Below the pieces are notes generated by a model. The model had not been told where the DNA came from, did not search any database, and saw nothing but the letters and a program-made list of their open reading frames with translations. Positions 12,869 through 24,243 of a stretch of 64,000 bases of DNA are shown here, piece after piece. Position 1 is the first letter of the stretch. Every line of letters begins with the position of its first letter. Source of the stretch: Flaccisagitta enflata (taxonomy: Eukaryota). The stretch lies in assembly GCA_965153355.1 (NCBI GenBank), contig OZ231126.1:8742001-8806000 (forward strand), in the 5' to 3' direction. The position numbers and the translations under genes were made by a program.

Positions 12869-13179
12869 AGAGAGACAGACAGACAGACAGACAGACACAA
12901 ACACAGAAAAACAAACACAGACAAACAAACAGACATTGGCTTTGTTGCCAGTATGCACAACTATTATCAGGGACATTTTAAAGTTCAAAAAGACCTCAGC
13001 TAACTTATTATCTCATTTTTGCGAAAAATGCAAAAGTACGAAAAATAAAGAAAGATTCAAAAAAATCATAACTCGAAAACTATTGATACCACAGAATTCT
13101 GCGAGGCGCCATTTGAAAGAGAAAAATAAGCTCTTTCTGAGCTATTGATTTTATGCGTAGTGTCCTTCAGCCCCAAAAA

Positions 13180-13886
13180 TTTATCAACTTTCCCAAACGC
13201 CCTATGAGGAAAAGGGAAAATCAAATTCCGCCATACGTCTTAAAAAGCCAAAGGTATTCTTCGACTTTTTCCAAACAATTTTATGATTTTACAATTTAAT
13301 GATTTCAAAACTTAAATTTTTTGTTACCATTCTGTGAACCGTAATCAGGGTTTTCACACTCAATAAGTTATAGGCGAGCATGCCTTCTCAGCGGGTGCGC
13401 TCTAGCGGTGCTTCACTATATGTTCTTTTTTCGTTGTCTCATTTTTTTTCCACTAACCTTGTTCATGCATTACTCTTTTCAAAGACTTTTCCACACGAGA
13501 TGTACTAGTATTTTGTTCTCTCTCTGAAGACTTTATCAACTTTTCAAAACGCCCTATGAGAAAAGGGGAAAATCAAATTCCGCCATAGGTCTCAAAAAGC
13601 CAAAGGTATTCTTCAACTTTTTCCAAACAATTTTATGATTTTACAATTTAATGATTTCAAAACTTAAATTTTTTGCTTCCATTCTGTGAACCGTACTCAG
13701 GGTTTTCAAACTCAATAAGTTATAGGCGAGCATGCCTTCTCAGCGGGTGCGCTCTAGCGGTTCTTCACTATATATTCTTTTTTTTTTTTCTCATTTTTTT
13801 TCCACTAACCTTGTTCATGCATTACTCTTTTCAAAGACTTTTCCACACGAGATGTACTAGCATTTTGTTCTCTCTCTGAAGACTTT
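13180..13886 (+). repeat. Tandem duplication of a ~353-bp unit (2 copies)
   Basis: tttatcaacttt..caaacgccctatgag starts at about 13180 and 13532. Both copies end in ctctctgaagacttt. Confidence 0.92.
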
Positions 13887-14051
13887 GTTGCCTGAATCTG
13901 TATTGTCACAACTAAAAAAAAAAACAATATGAGATAAAGTTCATGAGAATTTTCATGGAAAGTATAAAATGACATGATCCAAATAAAGTACTGTTGACGT
14001 GTATAATAAAATTCAAAAATGAAGAAATGAAAAAAAAACATGATGATTTAC

Positions 14052-14220
14052 CAACTGTATGAAGCAACGTTAAGACGCAAAGAATAGAAATGACAACCAC
14101 AACAACTTTCGAGGCTGAGGCCTTTGAGTGATGTTTTGGTCTACTTTCTTCTTTTCTCCCATCTTCGTCAACTTTGAGATTTGACATTTGCAAATGAGTG
14201 TCGTTTTGAGATTGTTGGCC
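14052..14220 (-). CDS. FReD protein, exon encoding cytoplasmic tail and transmembrane signal-anchor
   Basis: Reads GQQSQNDTHLQMSNLKVDEDGRKEESRPKHHSKASASKVVVVVISILCVLTLLHTV. Donor GTTG|gtaaat at 14052/14051 is phase 1 and fits the next exon. There is a possible start ATG at 14187 and a phase-0 acceptor aataacag| at 14221. Confidence 0.8.
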
Positions 14221-14351
14221 CTGTTATTGATCGAGCGTAAAGAAAACCAAGACTGTGGGTGAGCGAATTAGGCAAGTTACAATAATGGCAGGAGGAAATA
14301 AATGCAGATTGGAACAGCTGCAGCTGCTTGATGAATTGCATAATCTGATTT

Positions 14352-14735
14352 AATGAATGAATAAATGAATGGATGAATGAATAAATGATTGAATGAATGA
14401 ATGAATGAAAGAATCAATGAGTGATTAATGAATAAATGAATGAATGATTGAATGTATGAAATAATGAATAAATCAATAAATGAATGAATGAATGAATGAA
14501 TGAATGAATGAATGAATGAATGAATGAATGAATGAATGGATGAATGAATGAATGAATGAATTCATGAATGAATGAATGAATGAATGAATGAATGAATGAA
14601 TGAATGAATGAATGAATGAATGAATGAATGAATGAATGAATGAATGAGTGACTATATGAATGAATGAATGAATGAATGAATGAATGAATGAATGAATGAA
14701 TGAATGAATAAATGAATAACTGAATAAATAAATGA
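14352..14735 (+). repeat. (TGAA)n microsatellite
   Basis: Seen directly. Confidence 0.95.
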
Positions 14736-15980
14736 TTAAAAGGAGGAATGAATGGAGGAATGATTCCATGCAAAATAGAATGGCTGCCTCCGGGACAAAT
14801 CGACAGAGTAACTTACTGATCAATGGACATGTAGTGTAAGGGAAGCATGACATATGTTAGTTGGATATTGAGTGACAAAATCAACACGCATCTCGAATGT
14901 GTGACAAAAAGAAAAAGAAGCGTTTACCGTTGGTGAATTTGCCTTAGACTCGGACAAATCGTAGGAGTAAATGGGTTCATCATTCACATCCTGAGTATCA
15001 TTAACATAGTTGTGTTAATGATGTCAAAGGATTTGATGTTAAACAATTTATTGAGAAATTGGGAACGCTCTTGTGAACGATGAAGAATGAAATGTTTGGT
15101 TACTAAGCCTCTTCGTAAGTAGTATTATGGATTGCATTGTCGGCATTTAATTCTCTATGCTTGTGATATTTCTTCGTCATGATCATATTCATATCATGAT
15201 CATATTGATATTTCTTCATCATGATGATCAAACAAAAATTGTCAAGTATCTTGATAACAGTCCTCTTCTTTAATGGTCAAAAATATCTAGTCACTTCAAG
15301 ACCGTTATGCCGAGGTCCCGCTGATTTTACTTAAGGAGTGAATGACATTATGTAGTATTACCAATAAATATTATAAGTGATGTGAGGGCATGTTCAAGTT
15401 CTATCATAAGTCAATCCAGGATCAAATATGTCTTTTTGTGTTTCTACGAAAAATTAGCCTTTATAAGCCACAGTTTATGTTGAAAACATTTTTTTTGTGA
15501 CAGATGTCATGTAAGTGTCAATTACCATTTATTTACAGCAAGGAATCGTTCAGAAGTATGGAATAACCGAGTTTCACTGTAAATGCATCAAAGTAAAAAT
15601 GAGGCTGTAAAAAGCAAGATTACTACACCTCTTGTTTACAGCATAAGTTTCAGCCTGCTAGTAAGAGCCGTCAAGGAATAAATGACGATTGAAGTTTGCG
15701 TGGTTCCTACTGAGGCTGATCATGTAATAATTCTCATATAGTAAAGTATTTCTTTGCTTCAATCACAAGCCGAGTCACCTTGTTTGTAAACAAAAGGTCT
15801 CCATGACGATCACTGACGCTTGTGTAGATTTCGCTTTTAGAAGCTTTTGCTCCGCTAACGCAAAAACGTTTTTTTTTTTAAAAGAAGATTTTTTTTTCAT
15901 TTATGAAAGCCAGCTTATTTTATTAATGCCAAATGTGGTCAAGTAAAAGCAACGAAACTCAGCCAGTGAATCCCGTGCAG

Positions 15981-16081
15981 TGAATGCACAACTTTGGCGT
16001 CCGATTTGGTAAAGGAACAGATGAACGCCAATTGCATGGACAGCAACAAATCTGTTCGTCTGACAACGCATAGTATATTCG
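15981..16081 (+). CDS. Candidate internal exon of a small plus-strand gene
   Basis: gtgcag|T...TTCG|gtaaag, reading ECTTLASDLVKEQMNANCMDSNKSVRLTTHSIF. Its phase-1 end fits the exon at 16927. Confidence 0.3.
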
Positions 16082-16442
16082 GTAAAGACACTCCGCTCAT
16101 GAAAGAGAACCAATGGAGCAATGGATCAACAGACCGACAGACGGTCAAAGCCTGTTATAGAGTTGCGCAACTATAAGAATGAGAAATACAGAGCCAGAGA
16201 CAGATGGAAAATGACAGCCAGACTGAGCTTGAGGTAGTCACACAGGGACAGACAGACACAGATAGAAATAACAAACATGCAAATTGACAAACAGAGAAAC
16301 AATGACAAAAATGTTTCGTTCTATGCAGGCTACGCATATCCTACGTTAACAAAAGACAAAGTAAAGATCTACTCAATTTGATATCGTTAGCGGGATCAAA
16401 CACGTGCAATGTACACCATGGTAAAGACTTGTTTATGTGTTT

Positions 16443-16525
<83 letters not shown>

Positions 16526-16527
16526 TG

Positions 16528-16598
<71 letters not shown>

Positions 16599-16852
16599 TC
16601 TGACTCCGGACGTGGGAAAACATGGAACCTTCCCTGATTCGATGGGTAGTACAACTTTGATCGAACAGCATACGCAGAGCAATTGTGTGAGTGAATGAGG
16701 CGGGATTCGAATCTAGGGTTGGTATGACTAACCACTAGCCTTGGTAAATCTCGTTCACACTAAATACACATTCACTCATATACCGATGTTGTTTGCGATT
16801 TTGGACTCGCGCGTTTTGTACACATTTGCCCCCTTCATCGCTAATAAACTAA

Positions 16853-16897
<45 letters not shown>

Positions 16898-16926
16898 CTA
16901 CGCACATCAATCATTCACTCATTCAG

Positions 16927-17033
16927 GTTCCAGCATTGACGTCTTCAACAGCAAGGCGACTACCGCGATGACATATGTCGGCTTTTTGCTGCTGCTTCTG
17001 ATCCCATTCGCGGCCTACAATGCATTGCAATGA
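16927..17033 (+). CDS. Candidate terminal exon with hydrophobic C-terminus (GPI signal-like)
   Basis: Acceptor cattcag| downstream of a (CT)n tract. Reads SSIDVFNSKATTAMTYVGFLLLLLIPFAAYNALQ* (small residues, spacer, hydrophobic tail, stop). Confidence 0.35.
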
Positions 17034-17120
17034 CGGCGTTGACATCTTGCCATAATTCCAGCACTTTCGGCGGACTGGTGAGGGTCTCAGAGGGCCTGTT
17101 TCCACACAAGACAGTCGCAT

Positions 17121-17801
17121 GGGGGGCTTCACATAGCAAAAGTTGTGAGTATCCTCTCATCCTACTGGGGGAATATGGAGGAATAAAAATCATGAAGATG
17201 ATCATTTTTAATCGCGGACACGCGACTACACCTTGCCGTGTTGGTCGGTCGGTAGGTCGGTCGGTTGGTCCGTCCGTCCGTCCGTCCGTCCGTCACATTT
17301 TTGAAATCCGAGCGATTTTTGCATTACTGCTCCTGCCCAACCGTCCGCAACTGTATTGCCGTGTATCCAGCCTTGTTTTTTTCAAAATTCCTTCATCTTC
17401 CGTTTTTGTTTCAAATGGCCTTAAAGTTTCCACAGATTTCCCAGAATTCAGTGAAATCCTGTGTAGTTTTGGTACCAAAAAGGCAATGATTTATTTCAGA
17501 AAATCGTAATATTTGTAAAAATAAATTGAAATATCAGATCATAAGCTATGAAAGAGCATATGAAGATGCAGATCAACTATTCTTTGAAGAGTAAAAATTG
17601 GTAAAAGTTAATTCAAAGAATATTTGCATATTGTTTTATCCCACTACATTATGCAAATTAGGTCTTCAAAAACAATTAAAAAAAAACGGAAGAGTAACAA
17701 TTTTTGAAAAAAGATTAATGGTAAAGGTCCTAAAATTGACCACTCTACATAAGGTAAAGAGGGTGAAGAAAAATTACCAACTTTTGCTATGCGAAGCACC
17801 C
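17121..17801. mobile_element. Non-autonomous TIR element, Mutator-like
   Basis: TIR gggggcttcacatagcaaaagttg / caacttttgctatgcgaagcaccc. Flanking direct repeat acagtcgcat at 17111-17120 and 17804-17813. A DINE-like copy is nested inside. Confidence 0.75.
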
Positions 17802-18040
17802 AAACAGTCGCATTTTGATATGGCCATTCACTTGCTCCCTATATTTGTCCACTAGCCTGGTTCACTCGCTTGCTACCTCCATTCTAAGTCTTACTCACTT
17901 TACTCATTCCCTTGTGGGATGGGTAGTTCCATGAATGTTTGATCAGGCTGTGATACACCTAATTGATTTTTCTTTTCTGGAAAAAGAGAGGAAAACACGG
18001 CAATTGATCTTGATTGTCGAACCAGCAGATTGAGATTGAG

Positions 18041-18117
<77 letters not shown>

Positions 18118-19135
18118 GAGCAGGGCGATTACCAATGGAACAAGGCGTGCAATACGTACATTACAACCCAATAAGTGCGTTTGGTCTTTCTATATGATTT
18201 TGCTTGTTGTTGTTGTTGTGCTTGTTTTTGTTGTTGTTTTTGTTGTTTTTGTTGTTGTTGTTGTTGTTGTTGTTCATCTCTAGTAAATCGCATGTTAGAA
18301 ATTTTGGGTGCTGAATGAAAGTTATCACATATGTACTAATGAACAATACTTTTTTTCATTCAACGGTTTTCTCTATCAGATGGAGAAAGAAAATTGGAGG
18401 AATGAATCAACTTTTGAATGAGATTGCATGGGCAAAAACTGAAAAACGTGCATTGGGAAGGACTTCCGGTGGCTGTCTCAGCAGCGTTTATCGCGGCACC
18501 GGCCTTGATGAATTTGGGCTGGCTTCAGTCGCTATTTCGATCGCTTGTGATGCAATTTATTTTCTTTTTTTTTTTTACAAATGTTCTGTTTTACGCTACT
18601 TTACACCCGGCTTTGTCTGCTCATCCAACCCCAAAGGGTCGATGACCTATGTTTTCACACATGTGGGGGATTTTCTCCTCCTTCTCCTCCTCCTCCTCCT
18701 CCGCCCCCCTCCGCCAAGTCCTATCAAATTCTGCCATATTTTGCAGAATTCTGCAAAATTTTGCCAAATCCTGCCAAACTCTGCCAAATTCTACCAAATC
18801 CCTTCAAATTTTGCAAAATCCTGCCATATTTTGCCAAATTCCGCCAATTTTTGCCAAATTCTATGAAATTCCGCGAATTTTACCAAATTTGGCTGTCAAC
18901 CCAGCTACCAGGTGGTATGGTTATATGTGTGAAAGCTTAGGTCATGGACTCCTTCTGGGCCGCTGCTCTGGACCCTCCCTCATCTTAGTCACAATCTACT
19001 CCAGCAGGGCATGGGCAGACCATCTGACGCTTTTGCGACTAATATTATTTTTTGTTTTTGTTGTCTTTAGCCTCACTGCTGCTGTTGTGACCTCAGATAT
19101 AGCCTCTGCCCACTTACATGCGACTGTGATTGCTA

Positions 19136-19699
19136 CAGTAGACGTCGTCTAGACTTAAAGATACGGGGGAATTCATAATAGGAAAATGAATAAACCTATC
19201 AGACTGATATTAAGAATATAAACTGATTAAAGATTGCTTTATTGACAATAGGTCTTGGTTGCCATGAGAACACATTTTCATGTATTTCCGTTAAGATTTT
19301 GACAAATGTTTTGAGGGAACATTGCATAACATTAAATTTGCTACAACTTTCCTGCAATATGTTTTGTAAGAATGTCACTTATTTGGCGGTTGCTAGGGAG
19401 CATCACAGGGGTGTTACGCATAATGCTTCTCCTGAACAGCAGCTAAACTAGCAATATTCTTAAACGACACATTGTAAGAAAGTTTTAGCAAATTTAATTT
19501 GAACAATGTTCTCTAATAAAATATGTCAAAATATTGATACAAAAGTAGAAAAACATAAAAATGTATTTCCATGGCAACCAACACCTATCATCAATAAAGC
19601 ATCTTTACATCAGTTTATCTTTTAAATATCAGTCGCTTAGGTTTATAAATCATCCTATTATTAATTCCCCCTTCTTATTAAGTTTAGACGAATCTACTG
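19136..19699. mobile_element. Tc1/mariner/pogo-type foldback MITE
   Basis: TA|CAGTAGA...TCTACTG|TA. The arms are imperfect inverted copies over about 250 bp each. Confidence 0.85.
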
Positions 19700-20182
19700 T
19701 ATGTATCTGGCCTTGATTTCAAATGAACCATTATCAATATTTTCTGATCTCGTGAAAATTCATTAATACTCACTGATAGTTTTGTCCCAAGTTTGACAAA
19801 TAAAAACCTATCATTCAAGTGTTCTTAATGAGTGTCAGTATGCACACAGTAAAGCATGTTAGTGTCTTGTGTAAACGAAAGTCCGAATAGTTTGCAGTCA
19901 TAAACAGCAGGAACGACAGAGGACGCTCTTTTTAAAGAGGACAAATTTTGATATGTGTAAGTCAGTTTGTAGGAGTAATTTTGGATGTGTCATTGTATTT
20001 CCATAAGAGGGTCGGTCCATCCATCGATCTATCTGTGTCTGTCTGTGTGTCTGTTACACCTGTGCTCAAATCATGCAGATGACGCATCGAGTTGCCCGGA
20101 TGGGCTTGTTGCTCTAAAAGTTAGCTCTGTTTACTTCCGGTTTGGTTAGCCAGGCAAGAGAAAGGCCAGGTGGGATATACAT

Positions 20183-20827
20183 TACGTCTGTCAGAGTTTC
20201 TAGAAAAGCCAAAACTGTACTTCGCCTGGCAAAAATATTTTTCTTTTGCAAAAATGCTTTCAAATGAGCCATTGCACCGGTTTCAAATCATCCGGGAACC
20301 ATCATTAGGGTGACTCTGAAGAGAGACAGAATTTGCATAATAGAAAAAAAATTTCAATGATGACCCAATGCAAACTTCAACCTCACCCTAAACAGTCAGC
20401 GGACAAAACACAATAGGTATATATATCATACCGTTGGTTTTGATCCAACATGCTGATAGTAAACAAAATATTGTTTGCAACAACCAGTGGTTTGAATAAC
20501 ACCCGGCTGTAATGTTACAAAATTGTAGCATTACAGCCGGCTGTAATTCTAACAACCCGTAGTTGAATACAACATTTTGTTTGTTACAGCCGGCTGTAAC
20601 TTGAGCAACCGATTGTCGCATACAATATTTTGTTCTTGAGCAGTATGTTGGATCAAAGCCAGTGGTATGATATGTATACCTATAGTGTTTTGTCCACTGA
20701 CTGTAAAGATGGTTCCGCATTGATTTGAAACTCCACAATGGCTCATTTGAAAGCATTTTTGCAAAGGAAAATTACTTTTGCCAGGCAACGTACAATTTTG
20801 GCTTTTCTAGGCACTCTGACAGACGTA
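20183..20827. mobile_element. MITE with ~125-bp TIRs, containing nested insertions
   Basis: tacgtctgtcagagt..ctagaaaagccaaaa... is mirrored at about 20706-20827. 4-bp direct repeat acat on both flanks. Confidence 0.85.
20393..20703. mobile_element. CAGTCAG-terminal palindromic MITE (Tc1/mariner-like)
   Basis: cagtcagcggacaaaac ... gttttgtccactgactg|ta with internal tacagccggctgta palindromes. Relatives at 6583-6697, 21549-22591, about 40645-40860 and about 44334. Confidence 0.82.
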
Positions 20828-20871
20828 ACATACATGGTTTTAGCTGCATCAAAAGGCAGATTTTAACTGAC

Positions 20872-20985
20872 TTGAGCTATGAGTAGACATCTTTGGGGCA
20901 CATAGCTGAGGTCTGTCTCCTCTCGCTGACTCGGATCACGTCTGTGTGTGTCTGTGTAGTTCCAATCTTTGTCACAAATTGCGTC
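20872..20985 (-). CDS. Candidate symmetric (phase 0-0) internal exon
   Basis: Unique island between MITEs. aaaag|GAC...CAA|gtcagt, 38 open codons (DAICDKDWNYTDTHRRDPSQREETDLSYVPQRCLLIAQ). The acceptor is weak. Confidence 0.25.
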
Positions 20986-21678
20986 CTTTTCTTGGTAAAG
21001 AAAGAGGCAATAAAAAATGACCATAGGGTAGATAGTACCCTATAGGCTAAACTGAATGATCTTGGCTAACAGAACTTTTTGTTGGTCGCTTGTGTACAAA
21101 CTATTCATGTTAGAGAGCAAGTCCCTTTTTGATTGGTTAGTGTAGTACGTCCGGGAACATTTAAAGAGGGTCAGACTATTTGTTTCCTAAATTATATATA
21201 AATTAAGTCACCCCTTAAGTGAATGACTGCGTTATTGGACAGAATACTGAACAAATATTTAAACAAGGCCGGATACACGGCAACCTTAGTTGCATGCGGG
21301 TGGGCAGGAGCAGTGATGTAGAGGGCCATTTTGGCAAAAGCAGCGACGTCAAAATCGCGAAAATTGACAAATGTGATGGACTGATAGACCGATGGACCAA
21401 CGGACGGATTGACAGACGGACAAACAGGCGGACCAAAAAGCGGCAAAAAAAAAAGCGGCATTAGGGCATGAGGGACCCCCTGAGTGATGCACTGATGGAC
21501 GGACCAATGTATACTGTGCACGTAACGTGAAAGCGGGAAAAAAAATTGCAGTCCGTGGATAAAACACAATAGGTAGAGAACTCACTCTGGGTGCGTTTCT
21601 ACTCAAAGCCAGAAACACGTTTTTCAGGTAGGTTTTACAGTTCGCGATTTTCACCACCCTCATCCTGAAAAAATATTA

Positions 21679-21766
21679 GCCTCTTGCAGGGATTGAACCC
21701 ACGCTCAGAAGCAAGAATTTTCATTTGACTGGAAGCTCACGCTTTAACCACCTGCGCCACTGAGAC
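21679..21766 (-). pseudogene. tRNA-like sequence (degenerate)
   Basis: GTCTCAGTGGCGCAGGTGGTTAAAGCG...GTGGGTTCAATCCCTGCAAGAGGC has A-box and B-box, a T-arm, and a partial acceptor stem. A T6 run follows. Confidence 0.55.
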
Positions 21767-21912
21767 AATCACCCAAGTGTTTAAAATTATTTCTGGTAGA
21801 CTTGTTTAATAGAGAGGCAATTGAATAAGATAGCTATTACAGAACTGAACCCCCATAAATTGATCCAAAGTTGTAGAATAAGTCCACCAAAATTCCACAT
21901 GGATGAATGATT

Positions 21913-22005
21913 GCCCTAATGGCGTGATTGGTAAGGGCGTAGACTTCAAATCCAAGAAAGCTGAATCCCCAAGGCAATTTGGGAGAGTTCGTATCTACCT
22001 TGTGC
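21913..22005 (+). pseudogene. tRNA-like sequence (degenerate), loop CTTCAAA
   Basis: GCCCTAATGGCGTGATTGGTAAGGGCGTAGACTTCAAATCCA...GAGTTCGTATC. A-box, imperfect B-box, weak stems. A T7 run follows. Confidence 0.45.
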
Positions 22006-22604
22006 CTCAAATTTTTTTCAGGGAGAGTGAAGTAAAATCGCGATTTGCAAAACCCACGTTAGAAACACGTTTGTGTCTTTGAGTAGAAACACACCCTTGG
22101 TTGGCTTTGATCTAACCCACTGCCATTAAACAGAATGCTGTAAACAAAAACTGGTTAATAAAGTTACAGCCGGCTGTCATGCAAGAAAATTGACAACAAT
22201 CCAACTTTGATAGAAAAGAATGTGACTCGTAGATTATAATTCTAATGAAATTTTGAGAAGTTTGACATATCGCACTTGATATCTTTTATGAGAAATAGTT
22301 TTTTTCAACATTGCACTATAATGAAAGCAGGCATTGATAAAAATTTTCATTGTTGTATAAAAGCATATGTTGTAATATATCAAACTTCACAGAATTTCAT
22401 CAGGATTATGAATCTACAAGTTACATTCTTATCAGTGAAAGTTGGATTTTTTTTCTCTCGATTTTGTAGCATTACAGCCGGCTGTAATTTTAACAAGCAA
22501 TTGTTGTATACAGCATTTTGTTGAGCATCAATTGGTTGGATCAAAGCCAACGAAGTGAGTTCTCTACCTATTTTGTTTTGTCCATAGACTGTATACATAA
22601 TTAC

Positions 22605-22772
22605 CGTTGGTAACTTGGTTGAGGACTCAGGCAAGTCATAGGAATAGTCAGACTCTCCTTTTCCATTTTTAGAATAATTTATATAAGCCATTGTTGATTT
22701 AACAGTGGTCTTGTTGAAGTGAGCAATTTGGTGACTTTTCGGTGAACGAATAATATCCAACTGACTATCCAT
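22605..22772 (-). CDS. Candidate first coding exon, possibly of the FReD gene
   Basis: ATG at 22772, 56 codons of non-repetitive sequence (MDSQLDIIRSPK...LPESSTKLPT), ending at donor ACG|gtaatt in phase 0, compatible with the acceptor at 14221. Confidence 0.45.
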
Positions 22773-23015
22773 TCGGCCTTTTATGCTCTAGATTAGAAAA
22801 TGTTCCGCCATGGTCGAAATTAATCCCTACAAGTGGTGACTTAATTGTAAACATTTTCTTTTTTTGTTCCTCTTGAGGGGGGGGGGGACAAAGTTGAATG
22901 GGGGGACAGATCTTTTCTTCTTTTCTTTTTTTTTTCTTTTTTTTTTGAAGGGGACAGATCTCACGTGGCCATCTCGCCCCAATTTATTGGTTCCTCATAT
23001 TATTTGAGTCATTGT

Positions 23016-23605
23016 TTTTGGGCTACGGCCCCAAAGGGCCGATGACCTATGCTTTCACACATATGGGTGATTTTCTCCTCCTCCTCCTTCTCCTTCTCCT
23101 CCTTCTTCTCCTCCTTCTCCGTCCCCCCCCTCGCCTCGAGACTCTAAACCCAGCCTCGAGGTCCAAATCCCTGCCTCAATGTCCCAATCCTAGCCTTGAG
23201 GCTCCAATTCTAGTCTCGAGGCTCAAATTGCGGCCTTGAGGCTCCAATCTCAGCTTTGAGGCTCCAATGTCAGCCTCAAGACTCCAATTCTAGCTTTGAG
23301 GCACCATTCCCAGCGTTGAGGCTCCTGTCCCAGCCTTGAGGCTCCAATCACTGTTTCGTGGCTCTAATTTCGGGCTCAAAGCTTGGACCCAAGCCCTGCA
23401 TTTCCGATCCTAGCCAAGAGGCTCCAATCCAAGCCTGATGGCTCCATTGCAGCATCGTGGCTGAAATCCCTACCTCAAGGCTCAAATCTTAGCCCAGCAT
23501 AGGTCATCGGCTCCTTTGGGGCCGCTGCCCCACTCACCTTCACATCTTATATACACTAACTTGGGGGCAACGGGTACAGCTGACCATCTGACGCTTTTTC
23601 TACTA
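23016..23605 (+). mobile_element. Family B interspersed element with subterminal inverted repeats and a central 21-bp tandem repeat
   Basis: gggc(a)gcggccccaaaggg ... cctttggggccgctgccc followed by a gggtac..ctgacca tail. Relatives at about 18625-19040, 24925-25400, 25547-25800, 34920-35170, 35690-36060 and 47720-48500. Confidence 0.7.
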
Positions 23606-23811
23606 TTATTTTTAGTCGCGTGCTACGCGACTCTGAAACTCACTTTATCCGTCTGTCTGTCCATCCATAAGTCCGTCCGTCTGTCTGTCCATCGGTCCGT
23701 CCATCCTTCCGCCCGTCACAAATGTTGATTTTCGAGCTGTTCCTTGAGTACTCCAGAGTCAAACTTGAGGTTCTGTGTCATTTTTAGAGTGTCGTGTCTT
23801 TTGTTCACTTT

Positions 23812-24008
23812 TTAGTTGCGGACACGCAACTCTATAAGAGGCTTTGTCCGTCCGTCCGTTGGTTGGTTGGTCGATCGGTTGGTTGGTTGGTCGGTGGGTT
23901 GGTTGGTTGGTTGGTTGGTCCATCACGCTCGAGTTGAAAAGTGGGAAAACGCGCATTTCCGCCCCTGCCCACCCGTCCGCAACTGATGGCCGTGTATCCG
24001 GCCTTGTT
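23812..24008 (+). mobile_element. Compact DINE-1-like element, variant subfamily
   Basis: AGTTGCGGACACGCAACT hairpin, (GGTT/GTCC)n, 3' subterminal GTCCGCAACT, then gtgtatccggccttgtt. Related ends at about 1945-1998, 17215-17376, 31195-31350 and 31550-31587. Confidence 0.7.
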
Positions 24009-24243
24009 AATGTTCGTCAGAAAGTTTGTCAGAACGGTTGTGACGCTGCGTCACTGACGCACGCAACATGGTTCTAATGAACTTGTTTTATTAGTAGCGT
24101 CATATGAAAATTGACACGACTATACCCAACGCTTGTTTATATCCTGGGTAAAGGAACTTATCAGGGAACTAATAAAATGACGAGATTTCAGGAAGCTACT
24201 TTCGAAATCATAGATAGAACACCAGTTGAATGGTTTTAAAGTA

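Larger units (their letters stand above)
21589..22096. mobile_element. GGG-terminal MITE with tRNA-like sequences in both arms
   Basis: TIR gggtgcgtttctactcaaag / ctttgagtagaaacacaccc, extending imperfectly for about 85 bp and then into the tRNA-like units. The host MITE sequence rejoins across it. Confidence 0.8.
21549..22591. mobile_element. Longer CAGTC-terminal MITE hosting a second element
   Basis: cagtccgtggataaaacacaataggtagagaactcac ... gtgagttctctacctattttgttttgtccatagactg|ta. The left arm is split by the insertion at 21589-22096. Confidence 0.8.

Noticed and set aside
16700-16745. tRNA gene on the minus strand (GGCTAGTGG...GATTCGAATCCC)
   Set aside because: Too short and lacks a cloverleaf. 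At most a degenerate SINE head.
18380-18550. Coding-looking GC-richer island after a ctatcag acceptor
   Set aside because: No recognisable motif, ambiguous frame, and no donor linking it to other exons.
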